The translations under genes were made by a program, and so were the position numbers. The notes under the pieces are model-generated. The model was not told the DNA's origin. It made no database searches and saw nothing but the letters and a program-made list of their open reading frames with translations. From positions 1 to 37,524 of the IMG/VR virus record IMGVR_UViG_3300045106_000019: a stretch of DNA of 37,524 nucleotides. One strand, given 5' to 3'. Of this stretch, positions 17,673 to 25,465 are shown one piece after another (the first letter of the stretch is position 1; each line of letters begins with the position of its first letter). This stretch comes from a virus (Duplodnaviria > Caudoviricetes).

Positions 17673-18658
17673 TCGATCAGGTCATCGCGGACAATTACGC
17701 GATTTACAACGGCGATTGCGTCGACGTGATGCAGGGCCTTCCGGCGGAAACTGTGCACCTGTCGGTGTACTCGCCCCCCTTCGGCGGCCTTTACCACTAC
17801 TCCAGCGACGAGCGCGATCTGTCGAACTGCCGGGACTATGACCAGTTCTTCGAGCATTACGAATATGTCGTTCGTGAGATCGCCAGGATCACGATGAGAG
17901 GCCGGTGTTCGGCCGTGCACTGCATGGACGTTCCGACGGGAAACACGGGGTCGGATGCCTATATCGACTTCCCCGGCGACATAATCCGCCTTCACCAGCG
18001 CATGGGCTTCGATTTCATCTGCCGGCACGCGATCTGGAAAGAGCCGCTCTGGGTTCGCAACCGGACCATGCAGAAAAACCTCGCGCACAAGACGGCCGTG
18101 GACGATAGCACCAAGTGCGGAGTGGCGTCGGCCGACTATCTCCTGATTTTCCGAAAGCGCGGCGAAAACCCGATCCCTGTGTCTCATCCGACTGGCTTCC
18201 TCGAATATGCGGGCGACGACAGCAAGATGCCGGTGGACGTTCGTCGGCTTCGCGGCTTCGAAGGTGACCAGAAACGGAACAAGTTCTCGCACTGGATCTG
18301 GCGTCGCTATGCGTCCTCGATCTGGGACGACATCCGCATGGGGCACGTCTTGCCCTACGTCGAGGCGAAGGAAGAGGATGACGAAAAACACGTCCATCCG
18401 CTCCAACTCGACGTGATCGACCGTGTTGTGCAGATGCGCTGCAACCCCGGCGAGACGGTCTTCACCCCCTTCATGGGTGTTGGATCGGAAGTCTATTCCG
18501 CCGTTACTAAGGGTCGCCGCGGTATCGGCGCTGAGCTTAAGGCCAGCTATTTCAAGCAAGCAATGCGGAACTTGGCCGGTGCGAAATTCGGTGACCGCAT
18601 CGCGCCGCCTGTGCAGGAGGACATTTTCAGCGCCGCGCAGGATAGCGAGGCCGCGTGA
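17660..18658 (+). CDS. N4-C/N6-A DNA methyltransferase (beta class)
   Basis: GDC...SPPF catalytic motif before PFMGVGS...GAEL SAM-binding motif. Confidence 0.9.
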   Translation: MGGVIDQVIADNYAIYNGDCVDVMQGLPAETVHLSVYSPPFGGLYHYSSDERDLSNCRDYDQFFEHYEYVVREIARITMRGRCSAVHCMDVPTGNTGSDAYIDFPGDIIRLHQRMGFDFICRHAIWKEPLWVRNRTMQKNLAHKTAVDDSTKCGVASADYLLIFRKRGENPIPVSHPTGFLEYAGDDSKMPVDVRRLRGFEGDQKRNKFSHWIWRRYASSIWDDIRMGHVLPYVEAKEEDDEKHVHPLQLDVIDRVVQMRCNPGETVFTPFMGVGSEVYSAVTKGRRGIGAELKASYFKQAMRNLAGAKFGDRIAPPVQEDIFSAAQDSEAA

Positions 18659-19230
18659 TGCTCATCCTCGGCCTCGACGGAGCGCAGAATACCGGCTGGG
18701 CGCTGTACGATACAGCAGCCAATCTGGCGGCCATCCGCGCCGGCGTCATCAAGACAGCCGGCGACGACTACGAACACAAGGCCGCTTCCCTCGGGCTTGG
18801 GCTGGTACGTCTGATCAAAGCAGACCGCCCCGACTTCATCGTGATCGAAATGCCGATCCGGTCCCAGCCGGCCGCGCGCCAGAAGCGCACGGTCAAGTTC
18901 ATGGGCGAGGATCGCGTCGAGGAAGTGGCTAGCGGCGGGCTGAATGCCGTCATTTCTTCGAACCAAATGGTCGGTGCGTTGTCGGCAATCATCGGCGCCT
19001 TCCAGATTCCGTTTGAGACAATCGCGCCGGTGACATGGCGCAAGCAGTTTCTCGGCTTTGGAACGCGACCCGGCTGGCAGCGGAAGGATTGGAAGAAAGC
19101 CGTTCGCGATCGGTGCGCCCAGCTCAAGATCACGGTGACCAATGATGACATGGCCGACGCGGCAGGGATCGCATTCGCGGGCGCATCGCTCCAGACGTTC
19201 AAGATGATGCAGGCGCGGAGGGCGGCGTGA
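18655..19230 (+). CDS. ruvC: RuvC-like Holliday junction resolvase
   Basis: ILGLD...TGWA, IVIE, WRK, DDMADA. Confidence 0.8.
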   Translation: MMLILGLDGAQNTGWALYDTAANLAAIRAGVIKTAGDDYEHKAASLGLGLVRLIKADRPDFIVIEMPIRSQPAARQKRTVKFMGEDRVEEVASGGLNAVISSNQMVGALSAIIGAFQIPFETIAPVTWRKQFLGFGTRPGWQRKDWKKAVRDRCAQLKITVTNDDMADAAGIAFAGASLQTFKMMQARRAA

Positions 19231-20426
19231 TGGCCCGGGCCTATTACAACGAGATAGACCCTGCGGCTGCCCACATCCTTCGCGCCCTGATCGACGCTTA
19301 CGTGATCGCGCCCGGCGATGTCGACACCCGCTCAATCAAGGATGTCCAGCCAGATGACCTTTCAGGCTACACGCAATGCCATTTCTTCGCGGGAGGCGGT
19401 CTCTGGTCCGTCGCAGCTCGACTTGCTGGATGGCCTGACGACCGCCCGCTATGGACCGGATCGTGCCCCTGCCAACCGTTCTCGGCCGCCGGCAAAGGGC
19501 TCGGAACCGATGATCCAAGGCATCTGTGGCCGGACTTTCATCGCCTCATCCGTGCCAGACGGCCCGCTGTCGTCATGGGAGAGCAGGTTGCGGGAAAGGC
19601 TGGCCGCGGTTGGTTCGACGGAGTCGGCGCTGATCTGGAAGGAGACGGTTTCGCCGCAAGGACGGTCGATTTCCCGGCTTGCAGTGTCGACGCGCCACAC
19701 CAACGGAACCGCATGTACTGGATCGCTGTATCCGACGCCGACAACATCGAGGGGCGGGGACAACTCGAACAGCGCTGCGGTGAAGGACCGCGGACACGGG
19801 AACAACCTTCAGGGCGTGATGACGCATGTCCAGCGTGCGGTGGAAGCGGGCGGATGGGACCTTTCTTCCCAGGAGGGCTGTCCACCATCTGCGCCAACTG
19901 CACCCCCGTGCGCAGCGCACTGGATCACAGCGTCGGCAAGAGACTGGAAGGACACGCCGGGTATGGCGACGGAAGCTGGCGAAAGGAACCGGGTGGATCA
20001 GTTGCCGCGGCAGATGGCGCAGTCACCCCAAGCGTTTCATCCGACCCCGCTCTCACTATCATTCAAGGACAGTCATCAACCCGGCACGAACCGGACAATC
20101 GAGCAGATGCGAGCATACATGCCGACGCCGACCGTAGCGGACGTGCAGGGCGGTCGGAAAGCGAGATCGGGCGCTCGTTCGAACGAACCCCTGCTCAACG
20201 GCCTGTGCTTCGAAATGGAAGCTACTGGTCCGATGCCGACTGGATCAACTGCCACGACGGCAAAGCGCGGCGCGCCCAATCCGGTATTCGCTTTTTGGTT
20301 GATGGGCTTCCCGGACGAGTGGATCTCTGGCGCGTTGGAGGCAATGCGATCGTACCGGAAGCCGCGGCGGAAGTAATCGCCGCATTCATGGACGTTTACG
20401 GCGTTCCGAGGAGGGCAGCGGCATGA
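19230..20426 (+). CDS. C5-cytosine DNA methyltransferase, alpha chain (motifs I-VIII and X)
   Basis: FFAGGG, GSCPCQPFS, EQV, PHQRNR, GNAIVP; no motif IX in this frame. Confidence 0.88.
   Translation: MARAYYNEIDPAAAHILRALIDAYVIAPGDVDTRSIKDVQPDDLSGYTQCHFFAGGGLWSVAARLAGWPDDRPLWTGSCPCQPFSAAGKGLGTDDPRHLWPDFHRLIRARRPAVVMGEQVAGKAGRGWFDGVGADLEGDGFAARTVDFPACSVDAPHQRNRMYWIAVSDADNIEGRGQLEQRCGEGPRTREQPSGRDDACPACGGSGRMGPFFPGGLSTICANCTPVRSALDHSVGKRLEGHAGYGDGSWRKEPGGSVAAADGAVTPSVSSDPALTIIQGQSSTRHEPDNRADASIHADADRSGRAGRSESEIGRSFERTPAQRPVLRNGSYWSDADWINCHDGKARRAQSGIRFLVDGLPGRVDLWRVGGNAIVPEAAAEVIAAFMDVYGVPRRAAA
19318..20376 (+). CDS. Nested +1-frame beta chain of the C5-MTase (TRD-like PTP repeats plus motif IX); start uncertain (19318/19342)
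   Basis: 352-codon open frame wholly inside the alpha gene, ending NPVFAFWLMGFPDEW (motif IX-like). Confidence 0.72.
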   Translation: MSTPAQSRMSSQMTFQATRNAISSREAVSGPSQLDLLDGLTTARYGPDRAPANRSRPPAKGSEPMIQGICGRTFIASSVPDGPLSSWESRLRERLAAVGSTESALIWKETVSPQGRSISRLAVSTRHTNGTACTGSLYPTPTTSRGGDNSNSAAVKDRGHGNNLQGVMTHVQRAVEAGGWDLSSQEGCPPSAPTAPPCAAHWITASARDWKDTPGMATEAGERNRVDQLPRQMAQSPQAFHPTPLSLSFKDSHQPGTNRTIEQMRAYMPTPTVADVQGGRKARSGARSNEPLLNGLCFEMEATGPMPTGSTATTAKRGAPNPVFAFWLMGFPDEWISGALEAMRSYRKPRRK

Positions 20427-21856
20427 ACGCCTATTCCCGCGACATACGACCCGCGCTCCCCGATGCCGTCGAGGCCGAACAAGCCTTGCTGGGCAGCATC
20501 CTCACCAGCAACGAATCGTACTGGCGGGTAGCTGGGTTTCTGAAACCCTCCCATTTCATCGAAGGTGTGCACGGCAAGCTCTACGAGATCATGAGCATGA
20601 TGATTGCCGAGGGCAGGGCGGTGAACCCCATCACGGTCAAGCCTTACCTGCCCGAGCAGATGGTAGGTGAACTCACGCTGTTTCAGTACGTGGTGCGGCT
20701 TGCTGCGGAGGCCGTGACTGTTTCCGGCGCCTATGACTACGGCCGGGCAATCATCGAGATGTGGGCCAGATACCAGCTGATAGGTGTGGCTCAGGACCTC
20801 GACGCTCTGGCCCGCACCATGCCGGTGGACATGACGCCGGAGAAAATAATCACCGCGACCGCGGATCGGCTCACCCACATCGCTCAGGAGGGCAACGAGA
20901 GGGCTTCCTCGCTGAAGTATGGCGTTCTGCTTCCCAAGGCCATCGAGCGGGTCCAGAAGGCCAGCGAGGACGCATCGGCGCTGATTCCGTGGTTTCTGCC
21001 CGAAATCACGACTATCGCCGGCGATATCCGCCGGGGGAACTTGATTGGCTTCATGTCGGATTCGGGCGGGGGTAAGACCTCATTCAGCCTTCAACAGGTC
21101 CGCCACGCCGCCCTGGGCGGATACAAGGCAGCGTTCTTCTCGATCGAGATCACTGAGGAAGAGGCCGCACTACAGGCGGCGGCGCAGGCTTCAGGCATTT
21201 CCCTCGGACGGCTGGATGCTTTCACCCTGAACAACAAGGAGCAATCCGAGATCGAGGCAGAAATGGCCCGGTCGATGAATCTTCCATTCGATATCGTTCC
21301 GTTCTCGGACTGCACCCTTTCGGATATCCGCATTCGGGTGGAGGCGATGAAAAAGTCAACCGGGCTCGATCTCGTCGTCATCGACCATGCCAAGATGATC
21401 GCGCTGCCGGGTAAATCGGGCGACATTTTCGCAGAACGGATAAACGCCCTTTATCGTGGGTTGAAGGCCATCGCGAAGTCGCTGAACGTGGCCATGGTCA
21501 TCCTGATCCAGAGAAACGAGGAATGGAAATCGCGCGTCAAAGCGGGCGGTACGCCGCGCCCCATGATCGGAGACGCATATGGCGGCGGTTCCATCCGCCA
21601 GAATTTGGACGTCTGGTTTTCGCTCTACCGTCCCGAGCCGATTTTCCGCGAGTTGATGACCGCCGAACATAACGAGAAGAGGCGCGATGAGTGGGTGAGA
21701 AAATACGAAGAATCGAAAGGGAAGGCGGCCCTTATCAACCATAAGCGGCGTCGCGGAGAGCCGGGACAATCCAAGCTTATCAAATTCAACGCCGAGTTTA
21801 CTCGGTTCGAATCCGAACATTCGGAGATGCCACCTGCTTTCGAAGGGTTTTTCTAA
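20423..21856 (+). CDS. dnaB: DnaB-like replicative helicase
   Basis: AEQALLGSIL N-domain; SDSGGGKTS, FSIE, VVIDH, GSIRQNLD, KRRRG. Confidence 0.9.
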   Translation: MNAYSRDIRPALPDAVEAEQALLGSILTSNESYWRVAGFLKPSHFIEGVHGKLYEIMSMMIAEGRAVNPITVKPYLPEQMVGELTLFQYVVRLAAEAVTVSGAYDYGRAIIEMWARYQLIGVAQDLDALARTMPVDMTPEKIITATADRLTHIAQEGNERASSLKYGVLLPKAIERVQKASEDASALIPWFLPEITTIAGDIRRGNLIGFMSDSGGGKTSFSLQQVRHAALGGYKAAFFSIEITEEEAALQAAAQASGISLGRLDAFTLNNKEQSEIEAEMARSMNLPFDIVPFSDCTLSDIRIRVEAMKKSTGLDLVVIDHAKMIALPGKSGDIFAERINALYRGLKAIAKSLNVAMVILIQRNEEWKSRVKAGGTPRPMIGDAYGGGSIRQNLDVWFSLYRPEPIFRELMTAEHNEKRRDEWVRKYEESKGKAALINHKRRRGEPGQSKLIKFNAEFTRFESEHSEMPPAFEGFF

Positions 21857-22532
21857 TGCGTCCAGCTAAGGATTACACCGAGCACAGATTCGAGCGCTTG
21901 GTTGCGCTTCGCCGGATAGGTCGTGCGCCCAACGGTGTCGCAATTTGGTCGTGTCGATGTGACTGCGGAAATCTGAAAGAAGTTTCCCAATCAAATCTCG
22001 TTTCCGGTCAGGTTCGCAGTTGTGGGTGTCTGGCCATCGACGTCTCAACGAAACATGCAATGACCGAAAGTGCCGAGTATCGCGCTTGGCAGCACATGAA
22101 GGAGAGGTGCAGCAATCGGCGCGTTCACAACTATCACCGATATGGTGGGCGCGGGATTAAGGTCTGCGACCGTTGGCAGGAAAGCTTCGAGAATTTCTTT
22201 GCCGATATGGGGCCGCGGCCATCATCGGAATACTCGCTGGACCGTTACCCGAACCCTGACGGCGATTATGAACCCGGGAACTGCCGCTGGGCGACGGTTA
22301 GGCAACAGACCCGCAACCGGCGCACGAATAGGCTCCTTTCCTATATTGGCAGGGAGCAGACCCTCACAGATTGGTGTGAAGAGTTCGATCTTGTCCCAAG
22401 CATCGTGAGTACGCGGTTGCGGCGCGGCTGGACGGTAGAGCGCGCGCTCGCCACGCCGATGCCAGGATCGTATCCCAAATCCCGTCGGCGCGCAGCGGAC
22501 ATGCCTCCTGCATTTGAAGGGTTCATGTGATG
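21822..22532 (+). repeat. Diverged 37-nt direct repeat (21822-21858 and 22496-22532) bracketing the HNH gene
   Basis: 29/37 identical; both copies encode MPPAFEGF-x-stop followed by a coupled ATG. Confidence 0.9.
21856..22530 (+). CDS. Free-standing HNH homing-type endonuclease
   Basis: WSCRCDCG, RSCGC, YGGRGIKVCDRW, SLDR...DYEPGNCRWAT...QTRN. Confidence 0.9.
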   Translation: MRPAKDYTEHRFERLVALRRIGRAPNGVAIWSCRCDCGNLKEVSQSNLVSGQVRSCGCLAIDVSTKHAMTESAEYRAWQHMKERCSNRRVHNYHRYGGRGIKVCDRWQESFENFFADMGPRPSSEYSLDRYPNPDGDYEPGNCRWATVRQQTRNRRTNRLLSYIGREQTLTDWCEEFDLVPSIVSTRLRRGWTVERALATPMPGSYPKSRRRAADMPPAFEGFM

Positions 22533-22886
22533 GAGTTCCTGCCCGATTACAAATGGATGCAGGTCAACGGGCGCTATCGGCCGCTGTTCCGTCTGTTCTG
22601 CTCGGATCGCTGGAAGTTCGTCCGCAAGAACGGTGTGCCGGTCGAATGTGGAACCGCCTCCGAAGCCGTCGCCGCTGCGAAGGAATGCGTGAAGGCTATC
22701 CTCAACCCGAAGATCAGATCCGAACACGTGGAAGCAATTCCGGCCGTTCCTGACTTCCTCGATCCTGCAGCATGGAGCCGGGAAAGGACGGAGCGGCAAG
22801 CCCAGCAGCAAGAAGCAACGTTTGGCACGATCTTCGTGAAGCACCGGCCTGTGAAGGTCGAGAAGTTGAAAAGGAGGCGGGCATGA
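22530..22886 (+). CDS. Hypothetical protein
   Basis: Coupled ORF of about 118 aa. Confidence 0.65.
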   Translation: MEFLPDYKWMQVNGRYRPLFRLFCSDRWKFVRKNGVPVECGTASEAVAAAKECVKAILNPKIRSEHVEAIPAVPDFLDPAAWSRERTERQAQQQEATFGTIFVKHRPVKVEKLKRRRA

Positions 22887-23275
22887 CCAAGCGATGCGTG
22901 ATCTGCGACGCCAAGTTCGAGGCTAAGCCTCGCGTCATCACCTGTAGCCCAGACTGCAGGGCTGAAAACCGCCGCAGGAAAAGGCTTGAATATGATGCCG
23001 GGTACAGGGCGACAAATGCCGAAGCGATAAAGCAGAAACGGAAGTCCGATCCGGAACGAGCCCGCAGAAGATCAGCCGAATTGAGGGAGATGATCCGCGA
23101 GGTGGCGGAGAATATGGCTCTGGTGGGGATGGATCGTGTGACCGGCATTCCGCCCGAACATATCGAGCGGCGCCGGATATGGGACAGGTTCTCTGATCGG
23201 CGCTCTCTGACGGGGATCATCTTGGGCGATCCGATCCCTGAGCGCAGCGCCCTCGGCAGGGAGATGGCGGGATGA
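22883..23275 (+). CDS. Zinc-finger hypothetical protein
   Basis: CVIC...TCSPDC; AGGAGG SD. Confidence 0.7.
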   Translation: MTKRCVICDAKFEAKPRVITCSPDCRAENRRRKRLEYDAGYRATNAEAIKQKRKSDPERARRRSAELREMIREVAENMALVGMDRVTGIPPEHIERRRIWDRFSDRRSLTGIILGDPIPERSALGREMAG

Positions 23276-23469
23276 GCAAGCACCAGATGCGGCATGCTCG
23301 GGCTTATGCTGCAGGAGGTCGGGATGCATGTGAGCAGGTAAAGGCCACGCTCTCAAAGCTCGTGCCTGAAGACCGCCACAAAGCGGAACTGGGCCGCGTG
23401 ATCGACAACATCAGGCAGACCCTTTTCCCGATGCCGGCGCCCAATGATGCGAGGAAAGGCCGGGAATGA
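23272..23469 (+). CDS. Hypothetical protein
   Basis: 65 aa, ATGA coupling on both sides. Confidence 0.6.
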   Translation: MSKHQMRHARAYAAGGRDACEQVKATLSKLVPEDRHKAELGRVIDNIRQTLFPMPAPNDARKGRE

Positions 23470-23918
23470 GCAGAGAGGGCGGCCACAACGTCTACAAGGT
23501 TACACGGGCGCTAGGCGTCAAGGTGCTCGATGCCAGCCGGCATAGCCCGACCTCCGTGCGGCCCAAGCATTGTTACTGCATGCCAACGCTGCAGAAGGTG
23601 GTAAGGCACGGCGAGGGGCACCTGACCATGGTTCTGAGGCTTATCGTAGAGACCAGAGGCAACGCGACCGAGCTATGGGCCGCGACGATTACCGCTATAT
23701 CCGAGCTGCTTCTGACAATGCCGTGGCTAATCGAGCGCGGGCTGGATCTCTTCGATGAGTTCGACAGGATCGACCTCGGCGCCCTCCGCAGAAGGGCAAA
23801 GAAGGTTAAAGGCCGACACCAGCAGGTCTGGGAGGCGATGCTGAACCTTCTGGCCGACCATTTCTACAGCGAGGACCAGGGTGACATGTTCCCCGACGAC
23901 TGGAGGCGAGCGGCATGA
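23466..23918 (+). CDS. Hypothetical protein
   Basis: 150 aa, coupled to neighbours. Confidence 0.7.
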   Translation: MSREGGHNVYKVTRALGVKVLDASRHSPTSVRPKHCYCMPTLQKVVRHGEGHLTMVLRLIVETRGNATELWAATITAISELLLTMPWLIERGLDLFDEFDRIDLGALRRRAKKVKGRHQQVWEAMLNLLADHFYSEDQGDMFPDDWRRAA

Positions 23919-24616
23919 CCATTCACGTCACATATCAGGCATGGACCTACGATGCCGTGCGCGCCCGCATAGTCGAGGCGGCCGAAACGCTTCTGATGTC
24001 GCCCGCTGCTCTTGGTCCACGGATGATGGGCAGTATGTCCGAACTGTTTGACGAGTATCTGGATGACTATCGCCGCGGTGAGCCGACGCGGATCAAGCGT
24101 GTCCCCGCGCCCGGTGCTCTTTCCCGAATGGAAGAGACATGGACATGGATCAACACTTGGCTATGCGAGAAAGACCGCAAGCTGGTCTACGATTATGGCT
24201 TCATCGCCACACGGAAAGGCCTTACGCTGGCCAAGTGGTGCGACCGAAACGGTTGGGTAAAGCGAACTTTCGAACGCGCTGTAAACCGTTGCTGTCAACA
24301 GATTGCGGACAATCTGAACCGAAACCATGCAACTCGGTTGACGACGCCAGTTGACGAGGTGTCGCAAAATCAGTCAGAACGCGTGTCAACCGAGGTAGCC
24401 TCGGATAGCCGCGCACAGGTGAAGCGCACGCCTTACCACCGCGCGGATGACGCTATCCCGGTCCATATTCACGGCTCGGAAACCGAAATCGCCAAACACA
24501 TCGAGAAGGTGAACAAGCAGCGCCGCGAGGAAGCGGAGCGGCAACGACAGGCTGCGCTGAAGAAGGCCGAAGAGGCTGCCCGGCTCGCTGCCAAGCGGAA
24601 GAAAGAGGCGGCATAA
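23915..24616 (+). CDS. Putative late-gene regulator (DUF6362-like, Q-equivalent position)
   Basis: VRARIVEAAETL...PAPGALSRMEETWTW; last early gene before terS. Confidence 0.6.
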   Translation: MTIHVTYQAWTYDAVRARIVEAAETLLMSPAALGPRMMGSMSELFDEYLDDYRRGEPTRIKRVPAPGALSRMEETWTWINTWLCEKDRKLVYDYGFIATRKGLTLAKWCDRNGWVKRTFERAVNRCCQQIADNLNRNHATRLTTPVDEVSQNQSERVSTEVASDSRAQVKRTPYHRADDAIPVHIHGSETEIAKHIEKVNKQRREEAERQRQAALKKAEEAARLAAKRKKEAA

Positions 24617-24736
24617 CCATCCGATCGCAGGCGGACCCTGCGAGTAGGCGACGGCCGCCGAAGATAGCCGTGGTCGGTTAAGCGTGGCGCAAAGTCCTTG
24701 TGAGAGCCTGGCCTTCGGGTCCGACTAGGGCAGCAG

Positions 24737-25069
24737 TTATTTAAAGCACCCGAGGCGCGACATCAAATCCTTGACGGCATTTGCGGACACGAGTTGAGTT
24801 TTTGCCTCATGATCCGCAACGCGAAGAGCGAGAGCATGGCAGGTCGAAACGGAAGGGGCCACAGCGCCCCCGTCGCTTGCAGGATTATTACCTGGAATAG
24901 GTGAGGTGAGTGCGGCCTGTGTTTGGGCTCCAAGGGTGGATAGTCGCCACTCGATTGAGAAAATGTAGGCGCCAAATGCAAGCGAAGCGCTGATGATGGT
25001 CGCCGCAATGCCGACCTTATTCGCTGATTCCCACACCCTTGGCCCCTCCCCGAGTTTGAAAACAATCAA
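24737..25069 (-). CDS. Moron-like membrane protein (start uncertain)
   Basis: Antisense to the late operon, one TM segment, two Cys in the C-terminal part. Confidence 0.5.
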   Translation of the reverse strand: MIVFKLGEGPRVWESANKVGIAATIISASLAFGAYIFSIEWRLSTLGAQTQAALTSPIPGNNPASDGGAVAPSVSTCHALALRVADHEAKTQLVSANAVKDLMSRLGCFK

Positions 25070-25081
25070 AGGTAATCAAAC

Positions 25082-25465
25082 GTGGCACGCGGTGGCAAGA
25101 GAATAGGTGCTGGTCGGCCAAAGGGAGCCGTCACAAAGCGGACGCGAGCGATTGCGGACAGGGCTAGCGCTGAAGGGCTGACGCCGCTGGAGGTCATGCT
25201 GAAGGCAATGCGCAGCCATGCCGATAAAGATGAATGGGACGAGGCGGCTTCGATTGCCAAGGACGCCGCGCCCTACATGCATGCCAAACTGGCGTCGATC
25301 CAGCACACCGGCCGAAATGGTGGCCCGATCCAGACCGTGGACCTGACAAAGCTCAGTGGTGATGAACTCGCACAACTTGAAAGCATCTTCGGTCCGCTTG
25401 CCGGATCCAGCGACGATGATGCGTCTGATCAGGCAGGAGAAGGCGAGGCGGGCACAGGAGGCTGA
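25082..25465 (+). CDS. terS: Terminase small subunit
   Basis: RGGKRIGAGRPKG...TPLEVML...AAPYMHAKL; directly before terL. Confidence 0.8.
   Translation: MARGGKRIGAGRPKGAVTKRTRAIADRASAEGLTPLEVMLKAMRSHADKDEWDEAASIAKDAAPYMHAKLASIQHTGRNGGPIQTVDLTKLSGDELAQLESIFGPLAGSSDDDASDQAGEGEAGTGG

Noticed and set aside
16296-18658. Helicase plus MTase as a type III R-M, DISARM or BREX-like defence system
   Set aside because: No nuclease or other system genes; the pair is embedded in the phage early operon, where it is common
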